NCBI RefSeq assembly: GCF_009914755.1
Contig: NC_060926.1
DNA: 64,000 bases
DNA from: the human T2T-CHM13v2.0 reference genome, Homo sapiens
Direction: 5' to 3' (one strand)
The notes under the pieces were generated by a model. It worked only from the letters and a program-made list of their open reading frames with translations, did no database searches and had not been told where the DNA came from. Position numbers and translations under genes: made by a program. This document shows, one piece after another, positions 40,656-53,315 of this stretch. Each line of letters starts with the position of its first letter. The first letter of the stretch is position 1.

Positions 40656-41019
40656 CACTCCTGACACCTGAGAGCCAACTGCCAATCATTCCAGGATACA
40701 CTGTGTGCACTTTGCTTTCTCACTGCAATCTTCTTTAAGCATTCATCTATCTCTCAATTTCCATCTAATTGAAACTGTGGCAGCAGCATTAGCAGCTGGT
40801 GGTGGTGGAAGACCTCCTGATTCCAGAAATTTCCCAGGGTGGCCCCCTACAGTTTGGATCTGCTGAGGAGCATGTGGAAATTCAAAGGCATGCTCTCTTA
40901 TGGAGAACAGTTTGTTGGCAAAACATTGCCCGTTTGCTGCACATCTGTAAACTGAAGTAGACCTGTCTTTCTCGACACATTAAAAACTGGTCAAAAGCTT
41001 CACTGGCTAATTAGGTTAG

Positions 41020-41383
41020 TGATATGGTTTAGCTGTGTCCCCACCCAAATTTCATCTTGAACTGTAGCCCCCATAATCCCCACATGTCATGGGAGGGACC
41101 CAGTGGGAGGTAACTGAATCACAGTGGCAGGTTTTTCCCGTGCTGTTGCCATGACAGTGAATAAGTCTCACCAGATCTGAGGGCTTTATAAAGGGCAGTT
41201 CCTCTGCATATGCCCTCTTGCCTATCGCCATGTAAGACATGGCTTTGCTCCTCCTTTGCCTTCTGCCATGATTATGAGGCCTCCCCAGCCATGTCGAAAT
41301 GTGAATCTGTTAAACTTCTTTTTCTTTATAAATCACCCAGTCTCGGGTATTTCTTCACAGCCGTAGGAAAATGGACTAATACA
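41020..41383 (+). mobile_element. THE1 (THE1C-like) solo LTR
   Basis: tgatatggtttagctgtgtccccacccaaat...atggactaataca; 5-bp flanks gttag/attag. Confidence 0.93.
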
Positions 41384-41433
41384 ATTAGTTGCAAAATTAG
41401 GTTAATCACCTTCTCATTGAATGTAACTTCATC

Positions 41434-41488
41434 ACATATATATAAATGATATATAGTGTACTTCATATAAAAATGGTTATATATACAT

Positions 41489-41521
<33 letters not shown>
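41434..41521. repeat. (TA)n-rich microsatellite
   Basis: catatatatatatatatatatatatat and adjacent degenerate TA/CA runs. Confidence 0.9.
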
Positions 41522-41523
<2 letters not shown>

Positions 41524-41609
41524 GGTTTGTGTACCTTCCCTGAGAATGTGGGCAACTGGAGAACTCTGGCCATGGGTGCAAAAGGGCCTCCCTTGCTGTT
41601 CCATGATGG

Positions 41610-42180
41610 TGCTCCCTCAGGCCCCTCTTCATCTCTCCTCTCCAGCCCCTCACCCTCTGCCTGGGCTCAGGCCCTCATCTTCTTTTTCTTAGATTACCTA
41701 TTCCAACAGCCTCCAAGCCTGTCTGCTGCAAATCCAGTCTGTTTACAACTTACATCTGACCATGTTTCTCCCCTGCCTCAGAGCTCCCTGAGACTCCCCA
41801 TTCCCCAGAAGAGAACATCTGAGAAGCCTTACAAAGTGCTGTCTGCCTCTTCAATATCACTTCTGCCAACCTGCTGCCTTGCAGATGGGCAAGAAGTCCC
41901 TCACACACCCCAAGCTGTTGCTCAGCTTTGTGGCTTTGCAACTGCTGTCACCTTTTGCCCTCTGCCTATGCTTCATTTGGTTAACCCTACTCATCCGTGA
42001 AGGCTCGGCCAGGGGACTTCCCTGGCTGATTGCTCCCAAAATATGCTGTGATGGATAGCACCATCAGTGTGCTTCCATGAGGTATCGTAACTAACTGTGC
42101 AATGGTTCTCTCCTCACCGAGGACTGTGAGATCCTAGAGAACAGGGAATGGGTATTAGTCATCACATCCCCAACATTAAG
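41610..42180 (+). mobile_element. L2 fragment
   Basis: caggccctcatct...atctgaccatgtttctcccctg...gactgtgagatcctagagaacaggga. Confidence 0.6.
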
Positions 42181-42183
42181 GAC

Positions 42184-42360
42184 AGTGATTTTGCCCCCCA
42201 GGGGATATCTGGCCATGTCTGGAGACTTTTTGGTTGTCATAACTAGATGGGGGTACTACTAATACCAACTAAGTGGAGGCCAGGGATGCTGTTCAACAGC
42301 CTCCAATGCACAGGACAGCCTGCATAACCAAAAGTTATCTGGCCCCAAACCGTCAATAGA
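42184..42360 (+). mobile_element. MER20 hAT-Charlie MITE
   Basis: gtgattttgccccccaggggatatctggccatgtctggagactttttggttgtca...gaggccagggatgctg...aatgcacaggacagcc...tatctggccccaaa. Confidence 0.88.
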
Positions 42361-43084
42361 AATCTTAATCTAGGACAAAGACTACAAACTTAACGCTGCT
42401 TAATGAATGATAAAGTGAATATATTTTACTGAATGAAACTCTGCCCTTAAGTAAGGTCCACGTGACAATTGTTGGATCATGGGAAAGAATTCAAGTAAAT
42501 GTACTCCTTCTTTAGAACAAGTAATGGCATAAGCCTAGTCTTTTATTGTGGATTTAAGTTTGGCTCCAGTTAACAAGGTATTTCACGTTATCAACTGAGC
42601 AACTAGGAATAATATACCGAAGGCTATTCTCTACATAGAGTAAGAATTTCTAGACTAAAATAAAGTCAGAATGTCAGAAATAAAACAGGTGTTAAAAATC
42701 ATCCAACTTGAGCTACTGATTTTATAAATGAACACTCCAGGTCCTGCATGATAAAGTGACTCCCCAAGGTCACCTAGCTAGGAGTGACAGGGCCTGGGGC
42801 CAGTGAAAAGAGAGCTTGTGTTATGACTTCACCAGAAATGAATATGAGACTACTGGGTCCATCTCTGGGATCCTAACAGAGATTAGGTCAGGGCTGGGGG
42901 TTTGGGAGAGGAGAAGAGAGAAATAGAGATAGCTGGGAGGTAGGCTTTGTTACATGTCTTGGTTTCTTTCCTGAACAGTCGGACCTTTCCTCACATCTCA
43001 TGGCTACTGAATTTGAGGACTGCCTAGTGCCAAAGTCTGTACCTTGATACCTTAGATCACACACAATTCAAACTTTTCCACCTT

Positions 43085-43940
43085 CTGGGGTCTCTCACTG
43101 GCAACACTATTAAAATTTTGGGCAAGACGATTCTTGTTTGCAGGACTGACTCTTTGGAATACCTGGCCTTTGCTCACTAAATATCTGTGGCATCTCCAGG
43201 CATGATTATTAGAAAACAAGCGAGGATATTTTCAAATGCCACCTAGGAGGGTGGTACTGCCTCATTTTCCTGTCCCTTCAATTGAGGATCACCAAAGACC
43301 AGTTGGCAGGGTTGCATTTGTGTTGAGCAAACTGCATCTTGGTCAGCACAAGAAAGCAATCAGAATGATGGATGAGAATGGTCTTAATGACCACCTTCAC
43401 CAAAATGACCTGTGTTGTCTGTTAAAAATAAAATTCTCAGGCCCCACTCTCAGGGAGTAGGATGCAAGAATATACATTTTTAATAGTCTCGCCAGGTGAT
43501 TCTCATGCACACTAAAAGTTTAGAACCTCTGCCTTAGCAGTAGCACTCAACCCTGGCTCATATGAGAATTAATGTTTAAAAATGCCATTGTTCAAGCCCT
43601 ACTGTCAGAGATCCTCAGTTTCAACTACAGTGAAGCCCTAGCCTTGCATGTTTTAAAACCTGCCTAGGTAATTCTAATATTCATCTAAAGCTAAGAAACA
43701 CTACCATTATGAAATCTTGCTAGTTAAGAGGAAACCACAAATTAATCCCCTCACTTTCGGGTTAAATGCAAGAAACTTAATGTTTTCAACCTTGGCTGCA
43801 CCCTTAGTGAGATTTCTAAAATCGCAGTGCCACACCCCATGCCATTGATATCAGAATCTTCTGAACTAGGACCCAGGCTTCAGTGTTTTTTAAAGCTCCC
43901 AGTTGACTCTAATGTGCAGCCAAGCTTGAGAACCATGGAT
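43085..43940. mobile_element. Cluster of hAT-Charlie MITEs (one MER20/MER117-like plus three MER5A/B-like)
   Basis: Three MER5-type ends: ccaggtgattctcatgcacactaaaagtttagaacctctg (~43531), ctaggtaattctaatattcatctaaagctaagaaacact (~43702), ccagttgactctaatgtgcagccaagcttgagaacc (~43935). Confidence 0.7.
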
Positions 43941-44585
43941 TCAGAATATTTTCCTAAATTCTCCCATAAACCTCTGCTCTTGGCTTTTAGCTTTCCTCCT
44001 ATCCCCTAGTTCAAAAGTTTGAGGTTGTGGGGGTCAGGGCAAGAATAATAAAGGGAGAAAGGACAAGATTCAATCCAATCCAGTTCTTTTCTCCACTTAA
44101 TCCCTGGCTACCACTGACTCGGCACTCTGGGAGTAAAGAGCAGTGGAGAAAGCTCTAGACCTATTGGTGTATATTTCCAAGAGGAAGATCCTTGGACCAG
44201 CATCAAGTTGGCTTTTTATCTTGATTCTTCCCTGAGGTTTCTAAATATTGTTCCAGCATAGGAATTTCAGCTTTTATTCTTTTCCAACTTTTCATTTATA
44301 TGGCATGCATGGGTCACAGAAGCAATGGAAAGTTGGAAACCATTGCCTTCTAATTAGCAGATGTCTCAGTGGCTAACATTATTTGCCAGTAGCAGTGCCA
44401 GCGCAGCGCTGGGAAAGTTAATTACTGTCGACAGTCCTCGAGCCTGTTTTCATAACTGGTAATGACTGTTAATATGTCACCACTGAAGTTAGAGATTCAG
44501 AAAAGTCTTTTGTCCTAGGACTATTAAATGTCATGGAAGAATAACCCCCAAATTTGCCTTTGGGTAGATAAAGTTCAATGGGACT

Positions 44586-44976
<391 letters not shown>

Positions 44977-45624
44977 CTATTTTGACCCCATTTATAGTCA
45001 TGTCAAATGTCCCCCATTTCTGCTGGCTCCAGCCCCATCTTGTTGCTGCTTCCTTGAGATGTGAGGAACAATCATTCTTTCTTCTGTTCTAGGCCAGGTC
45101 CCAGATGCTGACAATAAAACTGTCTAAGTCTGGAGTGTTATGGCTCCTAGTGTTAGGTTCTTTCAACACACACCACACACACATGTTTTATGTAAGGTGC
45201 ATCATTTGCAATGGGCTGGTGGACCCTGATATCGAGTTGGGGGTCACCAGTACATGTTCCCCTTCCCTAATGGTCAGTAGTCCTGCCCTGCCACATGGCC
45301 TTAGTTAGGACCAGATTTGACCATCAGATAGTTAAATAAATCAGAACTGCAAATCCATCAAGATCCTTTCTCCTTATGTGAGCTTATGTCTGCAAATAGA
45401 TATGTGGTGAGGATGGGGGGAAGAACACAGCCTGACAACATACAACAATAGCATCCATGCCTCAAATCAAAAATGCCCTCCAGTGGGTGGATACTTGCCT
45501 GAAAACTGCAAGCCCCAAAAGAACCACTCAAATAGTTCTACCCAGATTTCCAGACATTTCCCAAGTGAAACAGCCTCTTAGAACTTAAAATGGGAACGTC
45601 AGAGACATTAATATCTCATTCCTA

Positions 45625-45830
45625 CCACCTACCGCTTAATCAGTGTGTTGCTAAGCCCCTTACATATGAAATCTTTCTCAGTCTTCACACAACCCACAGA
45701 GGGGGACAAGATATCACCATCCGTACTTAACAGAGGAAGAAATGCGCTGAAGATTACACAATTAGGACGTGTAAGGATATGATTCAGGGTGTGTCTGGAT
45801 TCAGAACTGCACACTGCACCTGCTGTGCTT
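45625..45830 (-). mobile_element. MIR SINE
   Basis: gctaagccccttacatatgaaatctttctcagtcttcacacaaccc...acagaggaagaaat...gattcagggtgtgtctggattcaga. Confidence 0.6.
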
Positions 45831-46252
45831 TATTGCATTAGCTGCTGCTGCTGCTCTGACCTGGGCTGACGTTGCAGTGAGTCTGGAGAAACCCTTTGCC
45901 ATGTTTCTGTGTTTTCATCACAGTTTCTGTCACTACTTTCTTGACCTTATCACTCTTACAGTCCTGGTCCTATTCTGTCTGTGATGGGAGAGACCTTTGC
46001 CAACCAGCCTCTCTGCTCATTAATTAGATCTCAAACATGGTGTCTTTGTGTTCTAGTCTTTCTATGGTGCCCTTGTATTATGAACATAAAAGTTAAGCTT
46101 CCAGATCTCTCACAGGTACCCCATTTTCTCCTCCCTGTGCTTCTCTGAACTTGTTTCCCTAACCACAAACAGAACAAGTTCTCTAGAGGTTGAGTCAGAA
46201 GAATTTTTGTGGTAAAGAAGACATTGAAAGGGGGTTGGTCTACTAAATGTCT

Positions 46253-46490
46253 TGTGTTAGGGTTCTCCAGAGAAACAGAGAAATATATATATATTTCTAT
46301 ATATATGTATATATATTTTTTATATGTGTGTGTATATATATATGTGTGTGTGTGTATATATATATATATGGAGATTGTTATGTGAATTAACTCATGCAAT
46401 TACAGAAGCCAAGAAGTCCCACAATATGCCACTGCAAGCTGGAGACCCAGGATAGGTGTCATTCCGTTAGAGTCCTAAGGCCTGAGAACT
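46253..46490 (-). mobile_element. MLT2 (ERVL) LTR fragment with an internal TA/TG microsatellite
   Basis: tgtgttagggttctccagagaaacag...(TA/TG)n...ctcatgcaattacagaagccaagaagtcccacaat...ctgcaagctggagacccagg. Confidence 0.85.
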
Positions 46491-46499
46491 GTCATGGGA

Positions 46500-46631
46500 A
46501 GACTTTGGATTCAGCCATGACTCAAGTGTACCAGTGGACTTTTCAGTTACATGAGAAAATGCATTGTCTTTCTCTTTAAGCAGTTGGGTTCATTTTCTGT
46601 CACTTGGAGGTGAAGGTTCCTAAAGACTACA
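46500..46631 (+). mobile_element. MLT1J/K LTR 3' fragment
   Basis: ggattcagccatg...tggacttttcagttacatgag...tttaagcagttgg...ttttctgtcacttg...cctaaagactaca. Confidence 0.6.
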
Positions 46632-47794
46632 GCATTCTTCCCATGGATCATTGGATGGCCTCATGCAAAAGTGTTGCCCGGACACTGTGTGGGACAGATG
46701 AACCCAAAAGCATTTCTTCCCTAATATGCACCCCAACACCCAGAATCTCATCTATGCATGAGAAACAGCTTTGTAAATAGTAAACTAGGTGTCAACATAA
46801 AGTCACATTCCTATAACTCAGTGTGAATTGACCTTCTTGATATGAGAGCTGAGTGAAGACAGAGAATGTATGAGGCTTTGGGTACAGGTTCCTGAGGCGT
46901 GCTCAAATGTACGTTAAGAGAAAAGACTGGAATAGGGAATGAGAGAAGGAATTGATGGATGTTAAAATGAACATATTAATTTTGCCTGTGGGCATGTTTC
47001 CATTAATTGGCTTTTGGATCTGAACCAAGAATAGCAGAATTGAAAACCTAATAAAAACCAAACCCATGAAGAGAAGAAAAATTTTCATAATAGCCCAAGT
47101 GAGAGTAATGACGTGAGCTAATCCAATTTGAAGTATAAACAAAGAAATTTCTTCACGCAAAGAGACTGACTTATTTTGTTTCAGAACTAAATACCACGCA
47201 GTAGAGGTTAGGTCAGGGAATCTGGCCTAAATATATGGGGGGGTCAGGGAGATGGAGGTTAGTCATTCCATTGGAGGACAGAAGAAAAAGGAACAAGAAG
47301 TTCTTTTATAGTGACTGACCATAAAGTTTTGAAAAAAGAGGTATTCAAATAGCACTTTAATCCACACTGCATGTTATGAGAGGCTATGGGGAGATGTACA
47401 ATTTAAAAGCTCACTAAAAAATGGCAAATTAAATTTCATTTTCTACTTACGGTTGATAGACGTGACTTTTCAAGGTCAGGCATATTAATTGGCTTTCAGA
47501 TATTAAGCACTGTAGAAAGAGGGGACATATTTAAACTTTCCTTTAAAATAGTGGTTTCCATCATTTTTCATGTTATTATACACAAAGAAAGTGACAATTT
47601 TACGGCACTACGGTAAATAGACTAGGTCATTTGAGGCAGAGATTGCTGGCCTGGGCCACCCCAGGTCCACCTAGGCTCCCCAAAGACTGAGGAATACCTA
47701 TTTTGTATACAAGTGAGCTGCATCCACTAGTTAAGAAGCCAAATCAAAGACTGTCTATGAGGCAAAACATATACTGCAGCCATTTGGGGGAAAG

Positions 47795-48020
47795 AACAAA
47801 GCACTGAACTAGAGGGCAAAGACCAACATTTTGGTTCTAGCTCTGCCAAGTGTAGGACATTGGACTAGGCACTTAACTGCAGTAAGCCTCAGTCTGCTTG
47901 TGTACAAAACAGAGTAAAAGATTTCTTGCATTTCCTACTTTACAAGGTCAACATGAGGATCAAGAATACCATGTTCATAAACATCATGTACAACCATAGA
48001 GTCCTATAGAAATGTGTGGC
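47795..48020 (+). mobile_element. MIR SINE
   Basis: agcactgaactagag...ggttctagctctgcca...cacttaactgcagtaagcctcagtctgct. Confidence 0.6.
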
Positions 48021-49164
48021 CTGATGATGATAATGAGTATGACATTTTTCTTCCTAGTCCTACCTCCATTTAGACCACCCTTCCTTTCAAGAGTCCCCTG
48101 CAATGGACAGGAGTTGACACCAAGGAGAACAATACAGCTGCTAAATCTCAAGTGGCTAGGAGCACAGAGTGTGGGAAGCTATTCTGCAGCTGTGTTTTTG
48201 AGTTGGGCCAAAGAGCTAGTGGGGTTTTGGCTTCCCAAGTACCTTTGTTGAAACTCCCTGGGGAATTTTGCTTTATGAAATTTCCAGCAATTGGAGATCC
48301 CACTGGGTTGGTGAATAGAAGCCTAAAGGGCTCCCTGTTGGATGAAAAAATGTGTTTGAAGTCTGCTGGGAAGAGCTGTAGGAGGGAGCTGAGGGTTCTT
48401 CCATGACTCCTACTGTGCATTGACAGAAGCTGTCCCTACCACTGTTGATTGCCAATTATTTTTGTCTCCAGAGCCAAAGAAAATATATTTGAATTTGACC
48501 CATCTTTCACTAGGATCTACAGATGGTGAAATATTAATGAACAGGTGGGTTGCACAATATTCCAAGATTGCGTTAGAATTGATTTTTGTAGGCTAAATTA
48601 TTAACACCAGAGTTGCTGACATATATTCTCATATGATTAGCAAACCCAGAAGCCTTAATATCAACACAGAATACATTCAGAACCATCAAACACAACATCT
48701 ACTTTGCTGGGAACAGAATACTAGGTAAAGGAATTGAGATCTCACACAACACTCCTCTGAAAATAGGGACAGCTAATTTTGTAATGGATTGCCAGCAAAA
48801 GCTGTGACAATGCCTACTCTGGAAGTCTCTAAATTTCTTTTCAACCTGAGAAGGGTGTTCCATGATATTTACTGGAGTAAGAAGTGATGGAGGAGGTAGA
48901 ATAGTTCTGGAAGTCAGGTCTCTAAATAGAACAAATCTTGGGATCCTCCAAGTTTCAGTCTATGCATGGAATTATGTTTAAAGAGGCAATATCTAGTAGC
49001 TAAATAATAGCTAAAATTGTTCCAATCATGACTTGCACCTCTCAAAGATCATTATTCAAGTAATGCTTCTATCCTTTCCTCCAGCTCAGTGTTTCCTGAA
49101 CTTCCCCTGCACTGATGCTCTTGCTTACCTAAGCCTCTTCTTCAGCCTCTTCTCCATCCCTGGA

Positions 49165-49900
49165 CAATTCAATGCACTGCATGGACCTTGCTTAGATTCT
49201 GATTTGAGCAAACCAACTTTTCTTCTTCTCCTTCTCCTTCCTCCTGCCTCCTTCCTTCTTCTTTCAGATAGCATCTCTCTCTGTTGCCCAGGCTGAATGG
49301 AGTGGTGCAATGACAACTCACTGCAGCCTCAACCTCCTGGGCTCAAGTGATTCTCCCACGTCAACCTCCCCCAGTAGCTTGTACTACAGGCACTCAACAC
49401 CGTGCCTGGCTAATTTTTGTATTTTTTGTAGAGACGGAGTTTCACCATGTTGCCTGGGCTGGTCTCAAACTTCTGAGCTCAAAAGTGATCTGCCTGCCTC
49501 GGCCTCCCAAAGTGCTGGGATTACAGGCATGAGCCACCACACCTGGCCTCAAACCATCGTCAATGCAACACTTTGAAGACAATGAGGGAAATCTGAATTT
49601 GGATAGTGTATTAGATGATACCAATAACATATTATTAGTTTTGATAGGTGTGATTAATGGTATTGTGTTTATGTAAGAAAACACCACTATTTTTAGCAAT
49701 CAACACTTAGATACAGAAAGCTAAAATGACACAATTCTGGGATTCGGTTATCATACATCAGCCAAAATAAAGGAGGAAGGAAGGAAAAATGTACAGAAGT
49801 AAAAGTAGGAAAATACTGATAATTCTGGAATTTAAGTGATTGATGTTTGAAGTCCAGTACTATATTCTCTATTTTTGTGTATGGTTGAAATTTTTCCTAT
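49165..49900 (+). mobile_element. Old L1 (L1MC/ME) 3'UTR fragment interrupted by an Alu
   Basis: gaccttgcttagattctgatttgagcaaacca...gacaatgagggaaatctgaatttggatagtgtattagatgata...tatattctctatttttgtgtatggttgaaatttttc. Confidence 0.65.
49218..49548 (-). mobile_element. Alu (AluJ-like) with a decayed CT-rich tail
   Basis: Reverse dimer ending gagccaccacacctggcc; TSD caaaccaac / caaaccatc. Confidence 0.95.
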
Positions 49901-49970
49901 TTCCTGGGAAAATTTTCCTTGAAAAACTTTTTAAAGAATTTTAAAACTTCTTTTCAAAAGAGAAAAAGAA

Positions 49971-50249
49971 GGACTGGGGTGGTGGATCATGCCTGTAATC
50001 CCAACACTTTGGGAGGCCAAGGCAGGCAGATCACTTGAGGCCAGGAGTTCGAGACCAGCCTGGCCAACATGGTGAAACCCCATCTCTATTAAAAATGCAA
50101 AAATTATCCAGGCAAGTTTCCACACACCTGAAGTCCCAGAGAATCTCTTGAACCCAGGAGCCGGAGGTTGCAATGAGCTGAGATGGCGCCACTGCACTCC
50201 AGCCTGGGTGACAGAGCGAGAACTTGTCTCAAAAAAAAAAAAAAAAAAA
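49971..50249 (+). mobile_element. Alu (AluSz-like) with a ~22-bp right-arm deletion
   Basis: gatcacttgaggccaggagttcgagaccagcctggccaacatgg; gtcccag^agaatc lacks ctactcgggaggctgaggcagg; A19 tail. Confidence 0.95.
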
Positions 50250-50927
50250 GGGAGAAAGAGAAAAGCAAATGCAAATATCTTCAAACGTCATAAGAAAAGG
50301 CAAAAGTGAATCCGATAAATATATTTTAAAACAATAATAAAAGAGGCATTTTGCTGACAGATAAATTCATGAAACAAGACTGACTTTTTTGAATGCCATT
50401 CATAGAACTGCCAGGTCAGCTGTGTAGTGTGAGGTATATTTCAATGCAAAATACTGAAATTATAAAAACAGGATTATGCACACAAATGTTTCAAGCCTTT
50501 ATAATTTTTTTAAGTCCAAATGGCATAGGTCCATTTATAAAATATTTTCTGAATTTATATTATGATTTAAACTAGCAATATCCTATTAATTAACTTATTT
50601 AAAATTCATAAGGAGACAAGTTATTTAAAAAAAAAAAACACTCTTGAACTGAGTAAAAAATAGCACGAAGTGAGGTTCAGCTCTGGGGAGAAGGGAAGTT
50701 GTGCTAAAACTTTTCAAAATGGAATTTAACCTCAGACTTTTAAAGCATCACTTTCTTTAAGGATTCACGGCTTTCCTCCCACACTGGTCTGGGGCCAGTG
50801 TCTGGAGTAAAGTATTGCTACTCCTAAATGAGATTTTAGAAAGTAGCATAGTTTCTGAAAGGAGCAGCCACTGGAAACCAAAAACTTTCTCAGGGTACTC
50901 AAACGGTTTGAAGAGAACTGATATTTG

Positions 50928-51430
50928 AAAACGGAAATCCTTCCATTTGTGACAACATGGACAAACCTGGAGAACATTATGCTAAGTGAGATAAACCAGT
51001 CACAGCAAGACAAATACTGCCTGATCTTTTGTATATGTGGAATCTAAAATAGTTACTCTCCTAGAAGCAGAGAGTAGAATGGTGGTTGTCAGGGCTGGGG
51101 TATACAGGAAATGAGGAGATGTTGGTCAAAGGGTACAAAGCTTCAGCCATGCAAGAGGAGTTAGTTCTGGAGACCTAATATACAGCATAGTAACGACAGT
51201 TAACAATACCGTATTGTAGACTTGAAATTTGCTACAAGGGTAGATCTTAAGTGTTCTCACCACAAAAGAAAAGAGGCAGCTATGTGAGGTGATGGGTAAG
51301 TCAACTAGTTTGATTGTGGTGATCATTTTCCAATGTATACATATATCAAAACATCAAGTCATATACCTTAAATACATGCAATTTCTATTTGTCAGTTATG
51401 CCCCAATAAAGCTGAAATTTTTTTTTTTAA
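50928..51430 (+). mobile_element. 5'-truncated L1MA8/9-like 3' end
   Basis: gaaatccttccatttgtgacaacatgg...gtagatcttaagtgttctcaccaca...aataaagctgaaa; TSD gagaactgatatttg (50913-50927) / gagaactgatgtttg (51433-51447). Confidence 0.9.
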
Positions 51431-51999
51431 ATGAGAACTGATGTTTGCATCCAGTTGCTGCTAAAGGCACAAATTTTCTTTAAAAACTATTGAATGATTT
51501 TCCAGCTCTTACAGACATACTGGGAAGAAAAAAGTTAAAAACTATTTGAGAAATTTGGATTGAACTACCTCATCCTGTATGAGGTAAGGCCAATGTGCAA
51601 TCTTGCATTGCTAATCACTCAAGCAGAGTGCTCAGAAGCTGGGAAACAGGCTGCGGTTAAGAACATTGCTTAAGGAAGAATAATTAGATCCTTTCCGTGT
51701 CTCATAGCCACAATTTTTTTCCAGCTTTGGCTGTTGTTTGAGCAAGACCTTGTGTATCAAACATTGATCTAGCCAAGTGGCTTAGTGGAGAATTTGCTCA
51801 AATTGGTTTTTTAGTATCTTGTTGGCAGGAGGGGAAATGACTGCTTGAACGTTTCAGCCTTAATGCTGACATGTGGTGACTTGAAGCCAGGTGAATGAAG
51901 GTTCCTCCAGCTAGAGAGGTAAGATGAACATGCCGGACCAGGAAGAAAGCAGGTCATCATGTTAGACAGGTGCAATTATGTGCAGAGACTATAAAAGAA

Positions 52000-52950
52000 G
52001 AGAAAAAGACATTTAGTCATCAGAGAGCAGCCATTCAAGTAAGACCTTGAAGGAAAGGGAGGGTGAATCAAACAGAAAATATAATGTAAGCAAACGCACA
52101 GAGGCTATACTGTGGAGAGGATGTGGGGAAGAGGGAAGTGGTCCATTTGACTGGAACAGAGGGTAAATTTAAGGCAGTAGGAGGTCATAAGACTTATGGA
52201 AAATTTGGAATGCCAAAATGGGACTGTTATGTGTTAGGTTGATACTGGGTGGGGGCACTGAGGATTTTTAAAACGTGATCAGGGCTGCCTTGTTGAAGGT
52301 AAACCTAGCGGTGGTAAGTCAAATGAAATGGAGTCATGAGAGAACAGGTGGTACTAATCACTACCAGTACTGAGTGCTTTGCAGATGCTACTTCATATAC
52401 ATAATCTGATTTAATTCTGATAGCAAGAACCGTTATTAGCCCACTTTACAGATGATAAAATTGAGGCTTAGGGTGATTAAACAACTTGCTCAAATTCACA
52501 CAGCTAAAGCAGAAGAGGCAGTGTTTTAATCTAGACACAGGTACCTGCCCTTAATCACTATGCTTGACAGCTTCTTAAGCTAGAATGGGTGGTAGGTGAC
52601 CGGGGTCTGAATTAGGAATTTGGAGGTAGTAATGGAAAAGAGGGATCAAATTCTTAGAGGTAGGATAGGCAAGACTTCACCAACAGGAGCCTACGGAGGT
52701 CTGTGATTTGGTGGCTGCGTGAAAAAGAAGAATGATACTGTTACTAACCTAAATAAAGAAACCAGAAGAAAGACTTGGCATCGATTAAAAGATTATTAAT
52801 ATGGTTTTAGTTATATTGACTTTGAAATGCCATGAGTAGATCCAGTGAAAATGTCCATCCAGCCATCGGAAATGTAGTTTGGTTGCTAAAGAGGGGAGAT
52901 GGAGCTAGAAAGAGAAGCTGAGGCATCACGTGCAAGCAATAGAGGGGCAA
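52000..52950 (-). mobile_element. L2 fragments with an embedded MIR (~52360-52565)
   Basis: agaccttgaagga...tttgaaatgccatgagtagatccagtgaaaatgtcca (L2); attagcccactttacagatgataaaattgaggcttag (MIR). Confidence 0.6.
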
Positions 52951-53195
52951 ATACGCAAGGGAGGGTGGCAGAAGAAAATCATCCCAGGTGTTTCTTTTCT
53001 TCTTACTCAGCTCGGAATAGAGATGACTTCTGAGTTTTTATCTACTCCCATTCAGGAATGAAATGGAGAAATGTAGGTCAAAATTTTACAAAATGGTCAT
53101 GTAGAATAATTCTCTGACTTCCCATCTCTGGGAGGAAGAGAGGCAGCTTTAGTAGAAGTGTGAAGATTCTAAGCAAAATTTAAGTAAAATTATTA

Positions 53196-53315
53196 ATTTT
53201 TTTAGAGATGGAGTCTTGCTATGTTCCCCGGGCTGAATTCAAACTCTGGGCTCATGAGATCCTCTCACCTCAGCCAAGTATCTGGAACTGCAGGTGTGCC
53301 TCACCACTCCTGGCT
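53196..53315 (-). mobile_element. FLAM (free left Alu monomer)
   Basis: ttttagagatggagtcttgctatgttccccgggctg...caggtgtgcctcaccactcctggct; single monomer. Confidence 0.85.

Noticed and set aside
40840-40856. CTCF-like motif tggccccctacag
   Set aside because: Only a partial match; it cannot be supported without a PWM scan or ChIP data.
41446-42000. 184-aa ORF
   Set aside because: It runs through a TA microsatellite and an L2 fragment and has no protein-like features.
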